64,000 nt of DNA from Chiloscyllium plagiosum. Lineage: Eukaryota. Below are positions 1 through 10,349 of the stretch, piece after piece. Made by a program: the position numbers and the translations under genes. Under the pieces are notes generated by a model, which saw only the letters and a program-made list of their open reading frames with translations, was not told the origin of the DNA and ran no database searches. The DNA lies in the NCBI RefSeq assembly GCF_004010195.1, contig NC_057719.1, forward strand, positions 50,324,302-50,388,301, read 5' to 3'. The first letter of the stretch is position 1. Every line of letters starts with the position of its first letter.

Positions 1-376
1 ACTACAAATAGTAATTTTGTACTACTGAACTTAATTATTACTAAGAATTCGAAAGCTTTTCAGCTAGTTCTTACCAAGACAATTCACAATAATACCAATA
101 TTCCGAGAAAACATCATTTACATTCTGAGAAGAGTGCTGATTGGTTGGCAAGTGGACTTTGGTAGAGGCGTTGTCCTGGAGAATGTATATGTCAGATGAT
201 GATTGACAGTTAGCAGCTGAACAGTATTTAAGTTGTGGACGTTTCATCCCCTGTCTAGGTGACACCCTCAGTGCTTGGGAGCCTCCTGTGAAGCGCTTCT
301 GTGATCTTTCCTCCGACATTTGTCACTATAAATGCCGGAGGAAACATCACAGAAGCGCTTTACAGGAGGCTCCCAA

Positions 377-416
377 GCACTGAGGATGTCACCTAGACAG
401 GGGACGAAACGTCTGC
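377..416 (+). ncRNA. Minimal hammerhead ribozyme motif, intact core
   Basis: gca-CTGAGGA-t-GTCACCT agac AGGGGAC-GAAAC-GTC-tgc: catalytic boxes, stem II, 3-bp stem I (gca/tgc), no proper stem III. Confidence 0.8.
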
Positions 417-456
417 AACACAAATTCCCAGCTCGGCGAACAGAACCACGACAACG

Positions 457-776
457 GTGGGCGGCACGGTGGCACAGTGGTTAGCACTGCTGCCTCACAG
501 CGTCAGAGACCCGGGTTCAATTCCCGCCTCAGGCGACTGACTGTGTGGAGTTTGCACGTTCTCCCCGTGTCTGCGTGGGTTTCCTCCGGGTGCTCCGGTT
601 TCCTCCCACCATCCAAAGATGTGCAGGGTCAGGTGAATTGGCCATACTAAATTGCCTGTAGTGTTAGGTAAGGGGTAAATGTAGGGGTATGGGTGGGTTT
701 CGCTTCGGCGGGTCAGTGTGGACTTGTTGGGCCGAAGGGCCTGTTTCCACACTGTAATCTAATCTAATCTAATCTA
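457..776 (+). mobile_element. HE1-type V-SINE
   Basis: tRNA-like head (ggcacagtggttagc...ggttcaattcc), V-domain tgtgtggagtttgcacgttctccccgtgtctgcgtgggtttcctccggg, LINE-like tail, (aatct)n end; aacg duplicated at 453-456/777-780. Confidence 0.92.
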
Positions 777-2533
777 AACGAGCACCCGAGCTACAAATCT
801 TCTCTCAAACTTTGAACTGTATTTAAGTTTTAAACTAGGCAGATTGAGTTACCTGGTCAATGCATTGCCCTGAGAATCACTATTACATATTTTGTTGAGT
901 TGAAATGCTGACGTATGTTCTTTCAACCTGAAAGAATTGGGCTGTATGTATTAATATATTCCGCTTCCAGTTTGCACAAGCATGCCATACTTTGAGCCCA
1001 TCTGCAATCCTAAATTCTTTGTCAGTGTAATTCTTTGCACAGGCAGGATTATTTGTCACAACCTTTTCCATTTGTGGAATCCCTTCTCACGTTGGACATG
1101 GTGCTTCAAGTTATGCAAGCATGGGCTTGTTGGGTATGCTTGTTACCTTATTTCAAATGGACAAAGGATGTCCTATGTATGTATCCCTTTGTAATTATTA
1201 ACTCGTGCATTTAAGCTCAATTTTAACATTACCATGTAGGCCCAAATAGATGTTATTGCTGTAAAATTCCTGCTCGGCTCATCTTTGGGTTCAGTGAAAA
1301 ATGTGTCTTCATTGATATGACAAATAACCTCCTTCCCAATTCATATGTCTGATGTGTAGATGATAAGGTTGCTGTATTTGAGTCCACAGCAGGATGTAGT
1401 AATTTCCTTCCATGATTTAATGGGCTCCACTGTTGTCTCAAATTCACCTTTAAATACAGCAATTAATGGAGTAGTCAAATAAGCTCCCTGTCCTTGATCT
1501 CCTTGAAAAATTAACCATAAGTGTTGGAATTTCTACAGTTCCAGTCTTTGTAGCATTGGCTTTGTGAAACAACCTTGGAAATAGGGTCCCAGTCATTTAT
1601 TTACTGTGCAAGTTTGATGCTGAAATCGGACATATCAAAGGCTTGCTGTCGGCTAATGGTTGCCCTGATCAGATCATTTTTGGCTGTTTCTTGTTTTAAA
1701 TCACGAAGGCCGAAGGTCTTTGATGCCCGTTACTCTGAAAATTCATTTATCTCTCAACTTTGAACAGCAGGTGAAGTTAGCTGTATCATGTTGCTTCTGT
1801 GCGGTAGGAAACATGAGTGGTATCCCCACAGTCAAGACAGTCTGCCTACAGCACAAATCAGAAAGATGCTGTATGAATTTCAATGCTGCCGTGATGCTCA
1901 GTATGTAGACCATACATCCCAAAGACTAGTGGATCACAATAAATAGAATATCCCTTTCAGTATTTTGAAAGGGAAGCTTGTTTGCCATACTCAACTAGCC
2001 TCCTCTTGCAAATCCCAAAACACAATTCCAACGTTAGATTCGATTCTGCAATTAGACAGCTTTTGCTAAATAATCATCAGTACGTGTTCATTATGCTGAC
2101 AAAAAATGTTGGATTGTCATTCAGGCACATAAAGTGACTTGCTTGCATGTAACAGAAGATCTGCAGATTAATACACAGCATCCTGTTCTTTGCAGACAGA
2201 CAGACACAGTCAGTTTCAGTTCAACGAAATAGGCAAAGCCATTCATTGGCTCATTTCTCAGGGTAATGCATTGACCAACCGGTTTAAAATTTAAACAACG
2301 TTTGGCACGTAATGTCATCGTTTGCCTTTTTTATTTGCATTCTTTGATAATAAGACTGCCTAGTGGTTTACTTTGCCAACTTATCAACGCATTCCTTTCT
2401 TAGAATATAATGTTTTTTTAACTTTATACGGTATTTCTTCCAGAAGTTTTCCTGATGAGCACAAGAAGAAAACCTTTGACAAAATGTGTTTTCTCAGTAA
2501 ACCCAACATTAGCCATATTTGAAGGTAGTTCAC

Positions 2534-2850
2534 TAGATTAGATTAGATTAGATTACTTACAGTGTGGAAACAGGCCCTTCGGCCCAACAAGTCCACACCG
2601 CCCCGCCGAAGCGCAACCCACCCATACCCCTGCATTTACCCCTTACCTAACACTACGGGCAATTTAGCATGGCCAATTTACCTGACCTGCACATCTTTGG
2701 ACTGTGGGAGGAAACCGGAGCACCCGGAGGAAACCCACGCAGACACGGGGAGAACGTGCAAACTCCACACAGTCTGTCGCCTGAGGCGGGAATTGAACCC
2801 GGGTCTCTGACGCTGTGAGGCAGCAGTGCTAACAACCACTGTGCCACCGT
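2534..2850 (-). mobile_element. HE1-type V-SINE
   Basis: Reverse complement of the 457-776 element with (tagat)n tail. Confidence 0.92.
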
Positions 2851-2871
2851 ACCTTAGATGTGTTTCATGAA

Positions 2872-3430
2872 CAAAGTTTGTGAGAAGATTTGTAGCTCGG
2901 GTGCTTGTTGTTGTGGTTCTGTTCGCCGAGCTGGGAATTTGTGTTGCAGTCGTTTCGTCCCCTGTCTAGGTGACATCCTCAGTGCTTGGGAGCCTCCTGT
3001 GAAGCACTTCTGTGATCTTTCCTCCGGCATTTGTAGTGGTTTGAATCTGCCAATTCCGGTTGTCAGTTCCAGCTGTCCGCTGCAGTGGTCGGTATATTGG
3101 GTCCAGGTCGATGTGCCTATTGATTGAATCAGTGGATGAGTGCCATGTCTCTATGAATTCTCTGGCTGTTCTCTGTTGAATTCCTAGAGGCATGGCACTC
3201 ATCCACAGATTCAATCAATAAGCACATCGACCTGGACCCATTATCCGGACCACTGCAGCGGGCAGCTGGAACTGACAACCGGAAGCGGCAGATTCAAACC
3301 ACTACAAATGCCGGAGGAAAGATCACAGAAGCGCTTCACAGGAGGCTCCCAAGCACTGAGGATGTCACCTAGACAGGGGACGAAACGTCTGCAACACAAA
3401 TTCCCAGCTCGGCGAACAGAACCACATCAA
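2872..3430. mobile_element. Young PLE fold-back insertion (family 1) with GIY-YIG C-terminus on both arms
   Basis: Minus arm encodes AREFIETWHSSTDSINRHIDLDPIYRPL, plus arm (from 3178) encodes EFLEAWHSSTDSINKHIDLDP; arms are reverse complements; TSD tgtttcatg 2861-2869/3431-3439. Confidence 0.9.
3353..3392 (+). ncRNA. Minimal hammerhead ribozyme motif, intact core
   Basis: Identical to 377-416: CTGAGGA...GAAAC GTC. The minus-arm twin at 2949-2982 has GAC in place of the GTC cleavage triplet. Confidence 0.8.
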
Positions 3431-3642
3431 TGTTTCATGTAACTTGATCATGTGAAAGGCTCGATCAATATACAAGGTTTTTCTTTTCTTTTGAATTGGA
3501 ACAAATTCAAATCATCAAATCCTTGAAATGGAGAGTCAAATTTCTCCGAGTGAAATTGACCAGCAGGTAATCTACTGTCAAACACAAGCCTAATGTCAGT
3601 GGTAAATATGTGTTGGAATTCTTACAGTTGCAAAGATTGACA

Positions 3643-4014
3643 CAGGCGCATAAATGGTTCAGTGATTAGAACTGCTGCCTCACAGCTCCAGGAACCTAGG
3701 TTCGATTCCAGTCTTGGGTGACTGTCTATCTGTATGGAGCTTGCACATTCTCCCCATGTCTGCATGGATTTCCACCAGGTGCTCTGATTTCTTCCTACAG
3801 TTCCGAAAACGTGCAGGTTAGATGGATTGGCCTTGCTAAATTGCACCACAGTGTCCAGGGATGTTCAAGCTAGATGGGTTAGGTACTTTATGTGCATGGT
3901 TATGGGGATTGGGTGGGGGGGCGAGATCTGGTTGGAATGCTGTTCGGAGAGTCAGTGCAGACTCGATGGGCTGAATAGCCTTTCTCCACACTGCAGGGAT
4001 CCTGTGATTCTATG
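3643..4014 (+). mobile_element. Older diverged V-SINE (HE1-related)
   Basis: Degenerate tRNA head (ggttcgattcc), V-domain-like core, CR1-like tail ending gtgattctatga. Confidence 0.8.
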
Positions 4015-4299
4015 ACATAACTACTTGGTCCATAAATTCAGAAATCAGAATTATTAGGATTTAGAATCCACTGTTTGAGAGAGTCTTCGAGGCAGATTCT
4101 ATGGGAAGTTTCAGAAGAGACTGAATATATGTTTGAAAGTGATTAATTTACAGAGTTATGGACATAGTCTGGAGAATGGGGTTAACTACATAGCTGGTTT
4201 TGGAGCTGGTATGCGCAGAACTGAAATATCTGTTCAAACCCGAATAAATGATCACCATTAAGAGCCTAACAGGATTTTTAAAAATGTTTCATACTGCAG

Positions 4300-4435
4300 A
4301 CCTGAGGATGAAAGAGAAGAGGAACCAAGTGAAGATGAGGATGATGACAAACGACGTCTTAATGATGAACTTCTGGGCAAAGTAGTCTATGTAGATTGTA
4401 ATGCAGACAAGAGAAAAGGCTGGTATCCAGCTTTG
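4300..4435 (+). CDS. ARID4A: ARID4A internal exon (acidic stretch + start of PWWP-like/RBB1NT domain)
   Basis: tgcAG|a at 4298-4300, TTG|GTaag at 4435; translates [45 protein letters not shown], matching recalled vertebrate ARID4A '[14 protein letters not shown]...WYPAL'. Confidence 0.95.
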
Positions 4436-4842
4436 GTAAGTGAGATAATGCCATCATTACAGGATTTTCCTTTCATCGTCAAGATTGAATTTTCAAACTG
4501 GATCATTATCACATAATTTTAAATATTTGTTTTGCTGTCAACCATGACAGCATGTTTGGAAGCAATAAAACAATGCATTTGTTGAGTGATTTAGAAATTA
4601 ACTTGAATAATAAAATGGTGTTCAATTTATCGCTGAAACATTGAGGGCTACAACTTTTTTTGTAGAGTGAACATGGCATTGTTTGTTGTGCACAATCTGC
4701 TTGGATTAAATTTGAACAGGTAAAATACTGCTATTCAATGTAACAAATCAGATAATTCAGGCTTGTTTTGATTGCTAGCATTTGAGTTGCTAGCGATTAC
4801 CCTAGGCTTGAGAAGGGAAATATCAGCTCATATTTGAGATAT

Positions 4843-5200
4843 GAATTACAATCATAGGATGTAGGAGCAGACGTAGGTCTCTTAGCTTCACTATTCAACG
4901 GGATAATGGCTGACCTGATAATCCTCAACTCCATTTTATTGCTTTTTTCCCATAATTTTTGATTTTCTTTTTGATTTAAAAACCTGTCTATCACAGCCCT
5001 GTATATACTCGACAAAGCAGTCTTTATTGCTCTCTGCAGCAAAGAATTCCCCCTCATCTCAGTCCTAACTGGATGATCCCTACTCTGGTTCTAGACTCTA
5101 CCACAGCAGAAACAACATCTGTGCATTTACCCTGTCAAGCCCCCTCAGAATTTGCTATGTTTCAATAAGATTACCCAACTTTCTTCGAACTTTCAGTGAA
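4843..5200 (-). mobile_element. CR1-clade LINE 3' fragment
   Basis: Reverse complement of a CR1 3' tail (cataggatgtaggagcagacgtagg...) and RT C-terminal remnants. Confidence 0.65.
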
Positions 5201-5914
5201 CCCCTGCTGCAAAATGTGATCCTCTTGAGGAAGAATTCATTTGCTGTTTAAATTTGTCTATCAAGGTGTTTGGTAGAACTAGCAGTGTTCCTGAAATATT
5301 ATCTGTGTAAAAGTAAATTATATTATGGAGAATATATTATGAAGTATCTGATTCATTTCGTATTTGCTATTCCTCTCAAAGTTTTAAAGAAATTTTTGCA
5401 AAAGTTGAACTTATACTTTAATCACCTTAATTACAGACAGATTGTGAGTTTTAGAACAAATCTCTCTCCCTATTCTCACCACCTCCTTACAAGTAGGTTG
5501 AGATTTAATTTTTCCACTTTTTTAAAATAGTGGCAGTATATTTCCTCTGCTTGCTCTGTCTGTGGGTTCTGTCTTTGCAGGACTGCAACAGCATTGTGGT
5601 AAAGTTAAATCAGAAGTATCGCGACTTTACACACTCTTTGATGCAAGGAAAATCTCACAACATACATGCATTTACCAACAGGCAGGAAGATACTGAATCT
5701 GTTAGGAGAAAGAGATTGTTAAAATAGTAACAACTTAAGTACAAAACTACCAAGGGTACCAATTTACCCTGCTTTTAAATGGAGCCCAAAGTACAAAATT
5801 AGAGTTAGCTTGTGGGATTTAGTTTGTGGGGTGGGTTGATTAGCCACATCCATTCCACCTCCAAAAACATTTCAAATGTCTTTTAAGGAGGCTTTTTTGC
5901 TGAAAAGTGACTTC

Positions 5915-8400
5915 ATAGAATCACAGAATTATTACAGTTCAGAAGGAGACCATTTGGCCCATAGTGTCTGCGCTAGCTCGATTATCTCATGCCAATCTCC
6001 TGCATTTTCCCCATATCTTTGTACACTATTACTATTCAAACACTGTCAATTGAACCTGCCTCTGCTACATTCCCAGGCATCGAATTCCATGCCCTAACAA
6101 CTTACTGTGATTTTTCTTCATCATGTGAAAATCTATGCCCCCTTGTTCTCATTTCTTTAGGAAATGGAAACAGTTGCATCCTAATTATTCTGTCCAGTCT
6201 GCTCGTGATTTTGAAAACCTCAATCAGATCTCCTCTTAGATTCTTCCCATAGAGAAGAATGCCATCTTCAATCTATCCTCATCCTCATACTTAAAATTTC
6301 CCATACCTGGAACCATTCTAGTAAATCACTTCTGCATTCTCTCCAAAGCCTTTGCATCTTTACTATAATGTGTATCATGATATTCCTGCTAAGATCGAAC
6401 ACGTTTTGTACAAGTTCAGCATCACTTCCTTGCTCTTGTACTCTATAGCCTACTAATAAAGCTGAAAACACCGTATGCTTTATTAAATGCTTTCTCCACA
6501 TATTCTCCCACCTCCGTGATCTGTGCATATATACACCATGTCACTCTGCTCCTGCACCCCTTCAGTTTTGTATCTTCTATTTCATATTGTCTTTCAGTGT
6601 TGTTCTCACTTCACATTTCTCTGCATTGGACCTCATCTGATACATATTCATCCACACCACCAACTTGCCAATGCCCTTTTAGGGTTCCAAACCATCCTCC
6701 TCTCAATTCTTCCAAGTTTAGTCAAACTTGGAAATTGTTCTTTGCATACCAAGATCAATCTAAATCAGTAAAGGCGAGAACTCCACTACCAACCTCCCAA
6801 CAGCCCCAAAAACAAATATTGACCATAACTCTACTTTCTGTCACTCAGCCAATTTTGTATCCTTGTTGCAAAGTCTTTTTCCTCACAAATTTATTATGAG
6901 GCACTGTTTGATACATCTATGTCACATCAAAAGCATTGCCCTCATCAACCCTTTTGTTATGTCTTCAAAACAGAAAATTAATTAAACATTATTTCCCTTC
7001 AGAGATCCATGCTGGCTGTTCCTAATCAATCCACTTTTTTTCCTGTGACTACTGACTCTTTCCTGAGTAATTGTATCCAAAAGTTTCTCCACTACCAAAG
7101 ATTGAACTAACTAGTCTTTAATTACTGGGATTATCCTGGCAACATATTTGAACTAAACAGTAATGTAGGAATTCTCCAGTCTTCTGGCAACTCGCCAAAG
7201 TCCAGGGAAGCATGAAATTTTATGGACAGTGCCTCTGCAATTTCTACCTTCATTTCCTTCACAATCCTTGATACAGCTCATCCAGTCTCAGTACCTTATT
7301 AACATTTAAGTACCAACCACCAATATCTAAGTCTATATTTGAGTTCATGATGTCCACCATTATAACTGCTGTATAATACTGTCTTTTTTCTTTAAATTTG
7401 TTGTATACTTGTTCCTCTGCAAGCTTTCCATTAGTTAGTGGTCTGTCGACCACACCAAGAAATGTAATTAGACCTTTTTTATCCTACAGCTTAAGTCAAA
7501 TTGACTCTGAGTGTTTGAGGGCAGAGATATTCTCCTCTTGCACTGCAGTGCTGTCCTTAACCTGCGCTGCTACTCCTTTCCTTCATTTTCTGTTTTATAC
7601 CCATGACTATTTAACATCCAGTCTTGCCTTTCCCTGGGCCTCGTATCTGTCATGCCATAGTATCATTATACCACATTGCAATCTGCCGATAACTCCACAA
7701 CCTTATTGACTACACTCTGTACATTTACATGCATGCATGTTAATTCTATTTTGGACTTTATTTCTTACTTCCTTACTCTGACTTAACCTGTTACCTTACT
7801 ATTTTCTACGTTAGTGCCAGCTGTATCATGAAGTATTTTGCGAAACCTGCTATTTGCCTATACTACTCACATCTCTACCAAATTAGTTTAACGATGACAC
7901 TAGCAAAACATCCTTCAAGGACCTCAGTCCCAGCTTTTTAAATGTAACCCATCTGGCTTGGACAGATACTACCTTCCCTAGAGCCACTCCCAGGAATCTA
8001 AACCTCCGTTTTCCAGCCATGCATTTATCGGCTGTGTCCTGCTATTTCAGTGCATGCTTGCATGTAGCACTGGGAGTGATCTGGAGATTATTACATTTTT
8101 GGCCCTACCTGGTAGCAATGTGGACCACAGTTTCTGGGTTTTCACCCTCCTGAAGATTGGCCTTCAGCTGCTGGTGACCCTGGCACCAAGGAGACAATGT
8201 AGCATCTTGGAGTCATGTTGATGGCCACAGAAATGTATGTCTGTTCTCTAACTATTGAATCCCCTATCACTATTGATTCTGCTTTCTTCTTCCTCCCTTC
8301 TTGTACAGTCAGGCAACTTCCCAAAGAAGCTTGGCTTTGACTGTACTCCCTTGAGGAGCCAGCATCCTTATCGGCTTCCAAAATGGAAAATCAGGTGGAT
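5915..8400 (-). mobile_element. Long decayed CR1-clade LINE including ORF1 esterase remnant
   Basis: 3' tail catagaatcacagaa at 5914; ORF2 remnants at 6000-7300; minus-strand IVIGDSIVR (SGNH/GDSL block typical of CR1 ORF1 esterase) at ~8255-8285. Confidence 0.72.
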
Positions 8401-8560
8401 GTCTGTATGGCATGTCTGTTTTTCTTGGACAGCCTGGTGGTCCTTCACTTCCTTCCTCCAGTCCTTGAGCTTCAGTGTTTTGATGAAAAGGTTTTTGTAT
8501 CCAGAATTTATAAATGCAGATTGTTGGCTGCTTTTTACAAGCCAAAGTTAACACCTATTG

Positions 8561-8574
8561 CCAGTAGGTGTCGC
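8561..8574 (+). promoter_or_regulatory. CTCF-like motif
   Basis: CCAGTAGGTGTCGC, one mismatch to CCASYAGRKGGCRS; motif match only. Confidence 0.3.
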
Positions 8575-8754
8575 ATGGAGCAGCACTGACCCCTTGACTG
8601 TTTCAAAATTGTGCCGTTAAGTTCAGTGCTGTGACAGTGGTGATCAGGCCTCTTGGGGGAGGAGAAATACTCACCATCAAGGATTGCACTGCAGCTGGCT
8701 AATTGTCTGTGACTATTCTGTTATCATAACCACAACATGATGTGTTAATCTTCA

Positions 8755-8860
8755 GTCAACCTGTTAGGACATGTTCTGACACACCTCTGGAGCAAATGGG
8801 ACTTGAGCCAATGCCTTCTGGCTCAAAAGCAGAGACACTACCACTGTGCCACAAGAGCCA
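8755..8860 (-). mobile_element. Short (~100 bp) tRNA-derived SINE
   Basis: Reverse complement ggctcttgtggcacagtggtagtg...ggctcaagtccca...ctccagaggtgtgtca; homologous to 28830-28928 and 55555-55655. Confidence 0.7.
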
Positions 8861-9097
8861 GGCACATTATCTTGTGGGTTGGGTGGAACTAGCAGTCCTG
8901 TTGTGTAGGGGTTTTCTTGGTGATGTCCATCTCTGTCACAAATTATAACAATTGTTAGCATTCCAGACCCGTCAAAAGAGGCTTGGGTATTTATTATCTA
9001 GCTAACGCTGGCTTCTGAGAAATTTCCGGAAGGTTATTGCTATGTCCAGTCCTGAGATTACAACAGCCACCTTTTATTGTGCTGTTCATAGTATTTT

Positions 9098-9333
9098 GGA
9101 TGTAGGTTTGCTCGCTGATCTGGAAGGTTCATTTCCAGACGTTTCGTCACCCTACAAAGTGACATTTTCAGTGGGCCTCCAGGTGAAGCACTATTAATAA
9201 TTCCTTTGCCCGGAGCCCCACTGAAGATGTCACCTAGTAGGGTGACAAAACGTCTGGAAATGAACCTGGCAGCTCAGTGAACAAATCTATATCCAGAACC
9301 ACAACCTGAGCTGCAAATCTTCTCAAAACTCGC
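9098..9333. mobile_element. PLE fold-back mini-element (family 2) with two degenerate hammerheads
   Basis: Left arm is the reverse complement of the right arm; + core CTGAAGAtGTCACCtagtagGGTGACaaaacGTC; degenerate TSD gctgttcatagtatttt (9081-9097) / gctggtcattgtgtttt (9332-9348). Confidence 0.82.
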
Positions 9334-9781
9334 TGGTCATTGTGTTTTTAAAACAGTATATGAATATATGCTGATATGCATTGATAATTGGTTTTTACTC
9401 CATTCATGACAGTTTGGAGTATAAGTTTCTTACAACCTATTCCTCCATCTTGAAGTGTTTTTTTTAATCAGAGCTAATGTTTGGTCCTTACTAACAGACA
9501 ACTTTTAATTACGCAAACTATCTTCCTGCTCTTGGCTAGCATCCTGAACCTCCCTCAATACTTCAGCGAGAAAACATCCCATTGTGAGTCTATGTTTGAA
9601 ACTTAAGATGACTATAACGGATTTCAATTCCAATTGAGTGATGAATATCTTCATCTTGTACTAGCAGCAATGCAAAGTGACTTCAAAGTATTGCCAATTT
9701 GTTTTCCTAATTGTTTAGCATTTTGGTTTTAGCTTTGGCTTTTAGAATCATGTAAAAAATATTGTTTGCCCTCCATGTTAG

Positions 9782-9861
9782 GTGCTGTCTCCAAGTTGCA
9801 GTGATGAAATCACTGTGAAGAAAGACCAGTGTTTGGTGAGATCCTTTGCCGACTCCAAATT
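9782..9861 (+). CDS. ARID4A: ARID4A internal exon (RBB1NT/PWWP-like)
   Basis: ttAG| acceptor, |GTaag donor; VLSPSCSDEITVKKDQCLVRSFADSK(F); phase 0 to 2, in frame with neighbours. Confidence 0.96.
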
Positions 9862-10349
9862 GTAAGTGTAAATATAAAATGTATGGATGCAAAAAAAACT
9901 GCTACTTGCAAGATGTTTGAATATGTTGATTTGTTGCGAAAAATAACTAACTCAAAAGATTTTCGGCTGTTCGGAGTCATGTGTGACATTGACATTTTAA
10001 ATGAATGCTGGACTTCATTGTAAAGCGAAGCTATACATTGGTTTTAATGTTTGTTCGCAATTAGATCATGTCTGCAAATCATTTGGAAACATACTAAACT
10101 GCAAATAGATTCTGGAATGTTTAACAAATGTAGTTCACTGGAACTAACTGAGGTTGATTATAATACATATTTCACTTTTATCTTTAAAGTAAGAACAAAG
10201 GGAAAAGCCAAAATTTGATAAATTCCTTTAACAATTCAACTATTTGACTATAATAACTTTTAAATTCCATTCCAAAAAATTGTACTGCTGTTTATAAGAA
10301 AACAAAAATGCTTCTATTGCAGTGTTTTCTTGAGGGTTCTTCCAGTTTT

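Larger units (their letters stand above)
235..814. mobile_element. Young PLE-derived fold-back mini-element (family 1) interrupted by a SINE
   Basis: 238-325 is the reverse complement of 329-413; flanked by tgaacagtatttaagtt (218-234) / tgaactgtatttaagtt (813-829); same family as 2872-3430. Confidence 0.88.
45..2500. mobile_element. Old Penelope-like retroelement: + strand RT/GIY-YIG body (~1200-2500) with an inverted 3' copy (~45-1190)
   Basis: Decayed + strand motifs: AQIDVIAV (~1240), CVDD (YVDD site, ~1355), GLHCCLKFTF, KLPVLD, SANGCPDQII (NGYP thumb, ~1650), LYEFQCCRDAQYVDHTSQRL (GIY-YIG, ~1870), QHPVLCRQ (~2175). The minus arm repeats the endonuclease C-terminus (NNPACAKNYTD) and the terminal sequence. 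Confidence 0.8.

Noticed and set aside
459..530. tRNA gene
   Set aside because: It is the tRNA-derived head of an HE1 SINE, continuing into the V-domain and tail, and is repeated seven times in the window
495..752. Recurrent 60-100 aa ORFs (MWKQALRPNKST..., CGRKPEHPEETHADTG...)
   Set aside because: Incidental translations of SINE copies
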